A stretch of DNA of 9,649 nucleotides from an uncultured bacterium (lineage in GTDB: Bacteria; Caldisericota; Caldisericia; B22-G15). The notes beneath the pieces are model-generated. The model saw only the letters and a program-made list of their open reading frames with translations. It was not told the DNA's origin and did no database searches. Each line of letters starts with the position of its first letter. Position 1 is the first letter of the stretch. Positions 1-6,702 of the stretch are shown here, piece after piece. The DNA lies in the NCBI GenBank assembly GCA_965612865.1, contig CBFDTJ010000049.1, positions 1 through 9,649 on the forward strand, written 5' to 3'. Made by a program: the position numbers and the translations under genes.

Positions 1-4
1 TTTT

Positions 5-74
5 AATGACACGGCGACCACCGAGATCTACACCTAAGCCTTCGTCGGCAGCGTCAGATGTGTATAAGAGACAG
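5..74 (+). other. Illumina Nextera adapter artefact: P5 (5-33) + i5 index CTAAGCCT (34-41) + TCGTCGGCAGCGTC (42-55) + Tn5 mosaic end (56-74)
   Basis: Reads AATGA[C]ACGGCGACCACCGAGATCTACAC-CTAAGCCT-TCGTCGGCAGCGTC-AGATGTGTATAAGAGACAG. This is the Nextera i5 adapter layout with one mismatch to P5 (position 10, T>C). The index matches N/S508 as I recall it. It is preceded by TTTT, the reverse complement of the A-run seen after adapter read-through. Confidence 0.99.
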
Positions 75-251
75 AATCCCATCTGGATATAATTTGCCAG
101 CCAGAGAGGCTGGATATTTTCTTCCTTCTATATTTGGAATCTGAGTGGCTGTGAAGGCTACAACCTCAAATTCCTCATTATTTCTAAAGTAAACATTAAA
201 ATTATGAAAATCTCTACCTGCTGCTCCCATAATTATGACTCTCTTCCTCAT
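75..251 (-). CDS. N-terminal 59 aa of a COG2403-family protein (annotated as cyclic 2,3-diphosphoglycerate synthetase-like/predicted GTPase; arginine synthetase ArcE-like); 3' truncated by the adapter
   Basis: Translation MRKRVIIMGAAGRDFHNFNVYFRNNEEFEVVAFTATQIPNIEGRKYPASLAGKLYPDGI carries the family's characteristic N-terminal motifs GAAGRDFHNFN and VVAFTATQIP. The ATG at 251 has a strong RBS (AAGGAGGT, 267-260) 8 nt upstream, so 251 is preferred over the ORF-track start at 317. The C-terminal 'LSLIHI*' in the ORF track is translated mosaic end. Confidence 0.85.
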
Positions 252-259
252 TACCACTA

Positions 260-267
260 ACCTCCTT
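260..267 (-). promoter_or_regulatory. Shine-Dalgarno site (AAGGAGGT) for the minus-strand gene starting at 251
   Basis: Plus-strand ACCTCCTT at 260-267, with an 8-nt spacer to the ATG. Confidence 0.85.
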
Positions 268-288
268 TTATATATTTGCACACATTTA

Positions 289-317
289 AGTATGAAGCAT
301 TTAAGCCCTTTGGTCAA
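289..317 (-). promoter_or_regulatory. Putative sigma70/sigmaA promoter for the minus-strand gene
   Basis: Minus strand reads TTGACC (317-312), 17-nt spacer, CATACT (294-289). These are 5/6 and 4/6 matches to consensus with ideal spacing, upstream of the RBS. Confidence 0.5.
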
Positions 318-318
318 G

Positions 319-342
319 ATTCTAACTTTATTGTGTTAGAAT
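319..342. promoter_or_regulatory. Perfect inverted repeat ATTCTAAC-N8-GTTAGAAT; candidate transcription-factor operator
   Basis: ATTCTAAC (319-326) and GTTAGAAT (335-342) are exact reverse complements separated by TTTATTGT, and lie between the two divergent genes. Confidence 0.5.
332..342 (+). promoter_or_regulatory. Putative extended -10 promoter (TGTG-T-TAGAAT) for the sugar operon
   Basis: TAGAAT at 337-342 is preceded by TGn (334-336) and TRTG (332-335). No good -35 lies at 17 bp. It is 47 nt upstream of the ATG at 390. Confidence 0.45.
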
Positions 343-378
343 TTAGTTATGAAGAGAGCCGCCTGTGGTGAAATATCA

Positions 379-386
379 GGGAGGAG
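379..386 (+). promoter_or_regulatory. Shine-Dalgarno site (GGGAGGAG) for the gene at 390
   Basis: GGAGG at 380-384, 5 nt before ATG 390. Confidence 0.75.
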
Positions 387-389
387 ACA

Positions 390-1133
390 ATGAAAGTAAG
401 GGATCTCATTAAAATTCCAGATTTTATGGAATTAAAGAAATTTCTCATCTTTGAACCCCATCCTGATGATGCAGACATTTTTATGGGAGGAACCATCAAG
501 TGGTTAACTGATAAATCCAAAGATGTAACTCTTGTTACAGTAACTGACGGAAGAAAGGGCACATACGATCCATCAACAACTGAAGAAAAGCTTAAATTAA
601 TACGAAGGAAAGAAAGGGAAAGAGCAGGGAAGGTTCTTGGGATTAAAAAGATACTCATGCTTAACTATGAAGATTTAAATCTACCTGATACTGAAAAACT
701 GACTATGGATTTTTTAAGGATAATAAGAGAGTTTAAACCTGATATTGTATTCACTCCAGATCCATGGCTTCCTTATGAGGTTCACCCGGACCATATAAAA
801 ACGGGTATCTGCGTGGCCAGAGCAAGTTTTCTATCCCCTCTTCCTCTTATTTTAAAGGAAACCTCGCCTTTTAATGTAAAATGGATTTCCTTCTATATAA
901 CACAAAATCCAAACACATACATAGATATAACAGAGACTTTCAAGGAAAAACTGAAGGCTATAGAAACCCACAAAAGTCAATTTCCAACAGAGGAATCAAT
1001 TAACTTTATAAGAAATTATTTAACTCTCAAGCATGGTGAATATGGAGAAAGGATTAAAGTTAAATTCGCAGAGGCCTTCAAAGTGTTATCCCCTCTTCAT
1101 CTTCATACAAATGTGGATGCATTAAACATGTAG
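390..1133 (+). CDS. PIG-L/LmbE-family (CE14) Zn-dependent N-deacetylase, resembling Thermococcales diacetylchitobiose deacetylase (Dac)
   Basis: 247 aa with EPHPDD (453-470), MGGTI, TDGxxG, RxxE, FTPDPWLPYEVHPDH (second metal-binding His motif at 783-794), HKSQF and AEAF. The PDPWLPYExHPDH string and a C-terminal His-containing tail recall Dac. Confidence 0.9.
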   Translation: MKVRDLIKIPDFMELKKFLIFEPHPDDADIFMGGTIKWLTDKSKDVTLVTVTDGRKGTYDPSTTEEKLKLIRRKERERAGKVLGIKKILMLNYEDLNLPDTEKLTMDFLRIIREFKPDIVFTPDPWLPYEVHPDHIKTGICVARASFLSPLPLILKETSPFNVKWISFYITQNPNTYIDITETFKEKLKAIETHKSQFPTEESINFIRNYLTLKHGEYGERIKVKFAEAFKVLSPLHLHTNVDALNM

Positions 1134-1143
1134 GAGACCTGAG

Positions 1144-2139
1144 ATGGATATAATGACACAATGGGTATTAAATATGCCGGAGGAAATTAAGGGAGCTGTT
1201 GAAATATTTAATGCATTTAAGATTCCAGATTTTTCCTTTAAGAATATAATTCTACTGGGTACTGGTGGTGGTTCAAGAACAACCTTTGATTTAATAAGCG
1301 CATTTCTTTTTGATAAATTGAAGTTTCCACTTGTAATCCACCAAGGTTATCATATACCAAATTTTGTGAACGAAGAAACTCTCTCCATAGTTATGAGTTA
1401 CTCTGGAAAAACAGAAGAAACACTGTCAGCTTTATCTCATGTTATTGGAAAGACCAAAAAAATAATTATTATCACATCTAATGGAGAAATGGAGAGCATA
1501 TCAAGGGAAAAATCCCTTCCGGTTTTAAGGGTTCCCTATGGTTTTGAAGCAAGAAGTGCTATTCCTTATCTATTTTTTCCACTTCTTTTAATTCTCTCAT
1601 CATATCAAAACCTTGATGTGACTAATGAGATAGAAGAAACCATCTCTGTTTTAAAGAGTGAAAGGGAAACTATAAGTTTTGATGAAATAAGGAGTGTTTC
1701 AGAAAAAATAAAAGGAAAAATTCCTTTTATTTATGGATCCTATGGCTTTTCTGACTCCCTATCCCTGAGGTTTAGAAGGCAGTTAGCTGAAAACGGTAAG
1801 ACGCTATCTCATTCAAACATAATTCCAAATATGCATCATGACGAAATCGTTGGATTTATGGATAGGGAAATATTACCCTTTATAATTCCTGTATTTTTAA
1901 GAGATTACTTCGAGGAAGAAAAAATCAAAAAAAGATTTGATATAACAAAAGAGATTTTTGAGGGTATGGGGATAGATTGTCTGGAAATATACCCTTTAGC
2001 AAAGGGTGGAAAACTTTCGAGAATGTTCTCCATGCTTTTTAAGATAGACCTTATCTCAATAGATTATGGGAAACTAAGGGGCTTTAATCCAAAAGATGTG
2101 TCAATAATAAGTCTGTTGAAGGAGAAAATGGAAGAATGA
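1144..2139 (+). CDS. SIS-domain sugar-phosphate isomerase of the bifunctional phosphoglucose/phosphomannose isomerase (PGI/PMI) type, divergent
   Basis: 331 aa with GTGGGS loop, SYSGKTEETL, EARSA, QLAENGK, PNMHHDEIVG and C-terminal IISLLKEK. These align by eye to the PGI/PMI consensus motifs. RBS AGGAG at 1132-1136 overlaps the upstream stop codon. Confidence 0.8.
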   Translation: MDIMTQWVLNMPEEIKGAVEIFNAFKIPDFSFKNIILLGTGGGSRTTFDLISAFLFDKLKFPLVIHQGYHIPNFVNEETLSIVMSYSGKTEETLSALSHVIGKTKKIIIITSNGEMESISREKSLPVLRVPYGFEARSAIPYLFFPLLLILSSYQNLDVTNEIEETISVLKSERETISFDEIRSVSEKIKGKIPFIYGSYGFSDSLSLRFRRQLAENGKTLSHSNIIPNMHHDEIVGFMDREILPFIIPVFLRDYFEEEKIKKRFDITKEIFEGMGIDCLEIYPLAKGGKLSRMFSMLFKIDLISIDYGKLRGFNPKDVSIISLLKEKMEE

Positions 2140-3092
2140 TTTATGGAATTGGAATAGATCTTGGAGGGACAAAAATTCTTGGTGTTTTAACCGATGAAAA
2201 TGGAAAAGTATTAAAGAGCATAAAAGAGGAAACAGGGAACACAAATGAGGGGGAAAGGATAATTTCAAACATTATATCCATAATAGAAAAACTAAAGGAC
2301 TCTTTCGAAGTTAAATCTGTGGGAATTGGGTGTGCAGGATTTATTGACTATATAAACGGTGTGGTGCATGAATCTCCAAATATAAAGTTTTTAAAGAATT
2401 TTCCTTTAGGAAAAACAATCTATGAAAAAATTAAAATACCTGTATTTGTTGATAACGATGTTAAGGCAGGGGGGGTGGCAGAAATGTATCTTGGCAGTGG
2501 AAAAAATCATAAAAACTTTGTGTACATTACCCTTGGAACAGGAATAGGGGGATGTATAGTTTATAACGGGAAAATTTTAAGAGGAGCAAATAATATGGCC
2601 GGGGAGATAGGACACATAACCATTGATGAGTTTGGACCACTATGTGGTTGTGGAAAAAGGGGCTGTGTGGAAGCTCTTGCTTCTGGGATTTTTATAAAAA
2701 ATTACTTTATTCATGGGGTTAAAAGAGGAATTAAAACATCTGTCATGGAAGAGGTAAAAGACATATCTGAGATTGATGTACCCTTAATTACAAAACATGC
2801 AAGGAAAAAAGATTTTCTTTCTCTGGAGGTTCTCCGAATTTCAGCAAAAAATGTGGGTCTTATGCTTTCTATTATAATTAACATTCTAAATCCTGAAAAA
2901 ATAATAATTGGGGGTGGTCTTGTTAAAGCCCTTGATATAGTATTTGAAGAAATGGTAGAAACTACAAGACTTCACTCCCTTAAAATACCCTTTGAAAGTG
3001 TAAAGATTGAGAAATCATCCATGGGGGAAACTGGTGTAGCTGTTGGAGCATCTATTATGGGCATCTTAAGAAGCAAAGGGGTGATACCATGA
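2136..3092 (+). CDS. ROK-family sugar kinase (glucokinase/hexosamine kinase-like; no HTH domain)
   Basis: 318 aa with GIDLGGTKI at the N-terminus, DNDVKA, LGTGIGG, AGEIGH, Zn motif CGCGKRGCVE and IIIGGG. ATGA overlap with the upstream gene. Confidence 0.93.
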   Translation: MIYGIGIDLGGTKILGVLTDENGKVLKSIKEETGNTNEGERIISNIISIIEKLKDSFEVKSVGIGCAGFIDYINGVVHESPNIKFLKNFPLGKTIYEKIKIPVFVDNDVKAGGVAEMYLGSGKNHKNFVYITLGTGIGGCIVYNGKILRGANNMAGEIGHITIDEFGPLCGCGKRGCVEALASGIFIKNYFIHGVKRGIKTSVMEEVKDISEIDVPLITKHARKKDFLSLEVLRISAKNVGLMLSIIINILNPEKIIIGGGLVKALDIVFEEMVETTRLHSLKIPFESVKIEKSSMGETGVAVGASIMGILRSKGVIP

Positions 3093-5359
3093 ATAAGATT
3101 ATGTATCTTTTACTCAGGTTGTTTAAATTAGTTAACCTTGCCCCTTACCTTAAATCTCTCCTGAGTATGGGAAAAAAGAGCGAAGTTAACTTCCCGAACC
3201 AGCTTATTCCATTAAATCTTGAAGTCATCCTGAAAGGACTATTAACATCAAGGATATTTGAGATAAATTCTGACTGGATTTATCCTTACTGGATGGAAAA
3301 GCAACTTAATCCCAATGATGAAAGCTTTATCCCAAGAGGTGCTAATATATTTGCAATAAATACAACTCACAGAAACTGGACTATACTTGGATTCCCGGAT
3401 TTTGACGAAAAAGGAGTGGTAGACGAAAGGGGACTCATTTCCCCAAGATACAACTCTCCTTCTCTTGACATATTCATAAAAGGAGGAGACTTCTTCTTTG
3501 TTCCTTCCAGAGCAAGGAAAGTAGTTCAAAAGCTTAATCCTGTGGATGGAAGAGTAATAACAGAATTTGATACAGAGAATTTTTTACTGAGAAGTTCTGT
3601 GTTCTCTCTAAAAGAGGACAGAGGTATACATCTATATGTAAATATAAAAGGAAAGAAAGACGGGAACTATAGAATCTATTTTTCTATAAGACCATACAAT
3701 CCTGAATCAATAATTCCTGTGTGGGAAATAGAATTAAAGGATGGAATTATTTTTGTAAACGAAGATAAATTTCTAATTCCAGAAACAGAAGGTGCTAACC
3801 TTTTTATATCAAAAGATGAAATAGATGTGGAGAATGAGCAATTCTTGAATAAAAAGAAGGAAAAATCAAAATATGGTTTAATGACAGGGGGAATTTTTTA
3901 TGACTTTAGCCTGAACAAGGATGAAGAAAAGACTTTTCATCTGTTCCTTCCCCAGACAAACGACAGGATAAATTTTAAAGATTACCCATTTGCGGAAAGG
4001 CTTCAGTCAGACTTCTGGAAGAGAGAAAAAGAAAAAGAGCTCACCATTGTAACACCTGATAGGAACTTAAACGAGATATTTGAGGCAAATAAAACATATA
4101 TTAAATCTCTTGTAAACAGAAACTACATAACTCCTGGGCCATTGACTTATAGACATTTCTGGTTTAGAGACAGCGCATATATGGTATCTGCCCTCACGAA
4201 AATCGGGGATAAAGATAGAGCAGGAAGAATTCTACTTCATTTTCCAGAAAAGCAAAAGAAAGGATATTTTATCTCACAAAAAGGTGAATGGGATAGTAAT
4301 GGTCAGGCAATATGGACAATGGTTGAATACTTTAGATTGACAAAAAACAAAGACTTTCTTGCATATGTTTACAAATCAATAAAAGACGGAGCATTATGGA
4401 TAGAAAGAAAGAGAAAAAAATATAAAGAGAGTATGGGACTCCTTCCAGCAGGGTTCAGTGCAGAACATTTTGGTCCCAATGACCTATACTATTATGATGA
4501 TTATTTTGGCTTAAGAGGACTGAAGGATGCTCTCTTTTCTTCAAAGGTTTTAGGATTTGAAAAAGACTATGAAGTGTTTCTTAATTTCTATGAGGAATTC
4601 AAAAAGGACATAAGAAGGGCAATAGATATAGACCAGGAAAGATTAGGCAAAAGGATTGTTGTTGGAGGTTTTGGAAGAAAAATAGATGCCTCCATGATTT
4701 CAGCATTTACAAGTATATTCCCTCTGAACCTTGATTTGCTCACAAAGGAAGAAGTTTTAAATACTTATGCTCTCTTAAAGGAGAAATTCTTTGTGAAGAA
4801 CTGCTTTTACCAGAACATAACCCATTCAGGGATAAATCTCTATCTGACACTTGAAATAGCAGAGGCACTTCTATATCTTGATGAGGAAGAAGAGGCTCTT
4901 AGATTGTTTGACTCTGTAATATCCCTTCTTTCACCTACCTTCACATCACCAGAGGCAATAAACCCGAAGACACTGGGAGGATGCGAAGGAGATGGACATC
5001 ACGGATGGGCTATAGCAGAGATACTCCACTTTATAAGAAATATGTTTGTTCTCGAAAAAAATAAAAACCTGTATCTTCTCTCTGGAGCAAAAGATGAATG
5101 GTTTAAAGATGGGAATTGTATAAATGTAAAGAATGCATATTCATATTTCGGTACTATAAATTTCAATGTAAAGATTGACAAGAAAAGTGTGGTAATAGAG
5201 CCGCAGTTTAGCTTTATAGAGGAGCCCGGGGAAATATTTATTAGAATGCCTGCTGATATTGATAAAGTTAGGGAGGGAAACTTTAAGAGAATGGAGAGGG
5301 ATTACTTTGTGTTCGGGAGTAAAATGGGGAAAGTTGTATTTGAAAGGAGGGAAGAATGA
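3089..5359 (+). CDS. Uncharacterised putative (alpha/alpha)6-barrel glycoside hydrolase-like protein (GH15/GH63/GH78-like superfamily)
   Basis: 756 aa. A beta-rich N-terminal half is followed by YRHFWFRDSAY (WxRD at 4160-4171), GEWDSNGQAIW, GLLPAGFSAEH, YYYDDYFGLRG and GDGHHGWAIAE, the pattern of six-hairpin glycosidases. The ORF is secure (ATGA overlaps at both ends); the family and substrate are not. Confidence 0.65.
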   Translation: MNKIMYLLLRLFKLVNLAPYLKSLLSMGKKSEVNFPNQLIPLNLEVILKGLLTSRIFEINSDWIYPYWMEKQLNPNDESFIPRGANIFAINTTHRNWTILGFPDFDEKGVVDERGLISPRYNSPSLDIFIKGGDFFFVPSRARKVVQKLNPVDGRVITEFDTENFLLRSSVFSLKEDRGIHLYVNIKGKKDGNYRIYFSIRPYNPESIIPVWEIELKDGIIFVNEDKFLIPETEGANLFISKDEIDVENEQFLNKKKEKSKYGLMTGGIFYDFSLNKDEEKTFHLFLPQTNDRINFKDYPFAERLQSDFWKREKEKELTIVTPDRNLNEIFEANKTYIKSLVNRNYITPGPLTYRHFWFRDSAYMVSALTKIGDKDRAGRILLHFPEKQKKGYFISQKGEWDSNGQAIWTMVEYFRLTKNKDFLAYVYKSIKDGALWIERKRKKYKESMGLLPAGFSAEHFGPNDLYYYDDYFGLRGLKDALFSSKVLGFEKDYEVFLNFYEEFKKDIRRAIDIDQERLGKRIVVGGFGRKIDASMISAFTSIFPLNLDLLTKEEVLNTYALLKEKFFVKNCFYQNITHSGINLYLTLEIAEALLYLDEEEEALRLFDSVISLLSPTFTSPEAINPKTLGGCEGDGHHGWAIAEILHFIRNMFVLEKNKNLYLLSGAKDEWFKDGNCINVKNAYSYFGTINFNVKIDKKSVVIEPQFSFIEEPGEIFIRMPADIDKVREGNFKRMERDYFVFGSKMGKVVFERREE

Positions 5360-6702
5360 GAATTTTTGAAAAAATAGGGCTTAACGAGGTATACAACTTC
5401 AAGAAGGGTGTAATATTTCTATTTTCCTTCCTTCTCCTTATGGGAATAATTCTACTGGCAGATCAAAATGTTATGTCTCCAAACATTCAGGCTATTGAAA
5501 ACGAATTTGGCATAGGTGATAAAGAGATAGGAATTGTTGGATCTGCTTTCACTCTTGTTGCAGCCATTGTAACCCTTCTATGGGGGTATCTTACAGACAA
5601 ATTTTCAAGAAAGTGGCTTCTTATATCTGCAGTTCTTCTTGGAGAAATACCCTGCTTTCTCACAGGATTTGCCCACTCCTATACTGAACTCTTAATTTTA
5701 AGAATCCTTACTGGAATAGGAATAGGAGGAACTGTTCCTATAGCTTTTTCTCTCATAGGAGATCTATTTACAGAGAAACAGAGACCAAGAGCACAGGCAT
5801 GGTATGATGCTATAACTGCTATTGGCGTTGTTTTTGGCATGGTGGTTGCCGGTTTTATTGGGCCTGTGTATGGATGGAGAATCCCCTTTATAATTGTATC
5901 TGTACCTAACTTCCTCTTTGTTCTCGGTATGGCAATCTTTGGAAGAGAGCCTGAAAAGGGTGCAGGTGAACAGGAAATAAGAGACCTTGTACTGGGTGGA
6001 AAAAAGTATAAAGGAAAATTAAAATTAAAAGATTATCTCTCCCTATTTAAAATTCCCTCCAATGTTTGGCTTTTTATTCAGGGAATACCCGGGACCGTTG
6101 CGTGGGGAATTATTCCATATTATTTAATTACCTTTTATTTAAGACATAAAAATTTCTCTGTTCAACTGGGTACTGTACTGTTAATAATTCTTGGTCTTGG
6201 AACGATAGCTGGAAAACTCCTGGGTGGTATTATAGGAAACAGGCTTTATCTAAAGAAGAGAAAATACCTCCCGATTGCTGCTGGATTTTCTCAGCTTATA
6301 GGAGTTATACCTATACTTATTACACTCTATTGGCCTGCAAAAGAGAGTCCCCAATTCTTAGATATAATTCCCCCTGCAATATTTGGATTTATTGGAGCAT
6401 TGATAATTTCCTTTGCTGGTCCTAATGTCAAAGCTATGCTAATGGATGTAAACCTTCCAGAGCACAGAGGGGCAATCTCATCCATCTTTAATCTCACCGA
6501 TTCTATAGGTGCTGGATTTGGTCCCTTTATCGGTGGATTGATATCATCAATGAGAAACCTCGATTTTGCAATGAAGGTTTCAGCTCTATTCTGGATACCA
6601 TGCGGTATTCTCTTTTTTGTTCTCTCATTTTATCTAAATAAAGATGTGGAAAGGGTTAGAACTATCATGCAAAGGGTGAGAGTTGAAATGGAAAAAGAGT
6701 GA
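5356..6702 (+). CDS. Major facilitator superfamily transporter (Spinster-like subgroup by appearance)
   Basis: 448 aa with about 12 hydrophobic segments, MFS motif A (GYLTDKFSRK), motif B/C region (RILTGIGIGG..P...SLIGDLF....R), a central hydrophilic loop, and DVNLPEHRG in the second half. Confidence 0.93.
   Translation: MRIFEKIGLNEVYNFKKGVIFLFSFLLLMGIILLADQNVMSPNIQAIENEFGIGDKEIGIVGSAFTLVAAIVTLLWGYLTDKFSRKWLLISAVLLGEIPCFLTGFAHSYTELLILRILTGIGIGGTVPIAFSLIGDLFTEKQRPRAQAWYDAITAIGVVFGMVVAGFIGPVYGWRIPFIIVSVPNFLFVLGMAIFGREPEKGAGEQEIRDLVLGGKKYKGKLKLKDYLSLFKIPSNVWLFIQGIPGTVAWGIIPYYLITFYLRHKNFSVQLGTVLLIILGLGTIAGKLLGGIIGNRLYLKKRKYLPIAAGFSQLIGVIPILITLYWPAKESPQFLDIIPPAIFGFIGALIISFAGPNVKAMLMDVNLPEHRGAISSIFNLTDSIGAGFGPFIGGLISSMRNLDFAMKVSALFWIPCGILFFVLSFYLNKDVERVRTIMQRVRVEMEKE

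Noticed and set aside
54..74. C-terminus 'LSLIHI*' that makes the first ORF look like a complete small protein
   Set aside because: It is the translation of the mosaic end sequence CTGTCTCTTATACACATCTGA.
252..317. 22-codon N-terminal extension of the minus-strand ORF (TTG start at 317)
   Set aside because: The strong RBS and the family N-terminus point to ATG 251. The extension overlaps the RBS and promoter, and its TTG is the putative -35 box.
347..658. 103-aa minus-strand ORF
   Set aside because: Antisense shadow of the deacetylase gene; Ser/Leu/Phe-rich with no recognisable motif.
2136..3092. ROK protein as the operon's repressor
   Set aside because: It begins directly with the kinase DLGGT motif and has no N-terminal HTH domain.
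3248..3529. 93-aa minus-strand ORF
   Set aside because: Lies entirely antisense within the 756-aa gene, with no motif or supporting signals.
4999..5181. 60-aa minus-strand ORF
   Set aside because: Antisense shadow of the 756-aa gene. Its Phe-rich composition mirrors the Lys/Glu codons on the sense strand.
5714..5731. Short tandem GGAATA repeat (GGAATAGGAATAGGAGGA)
   Set aside because: It simply encodes GIGIGG in an MFS helix and is too short to be a contingency repeat.
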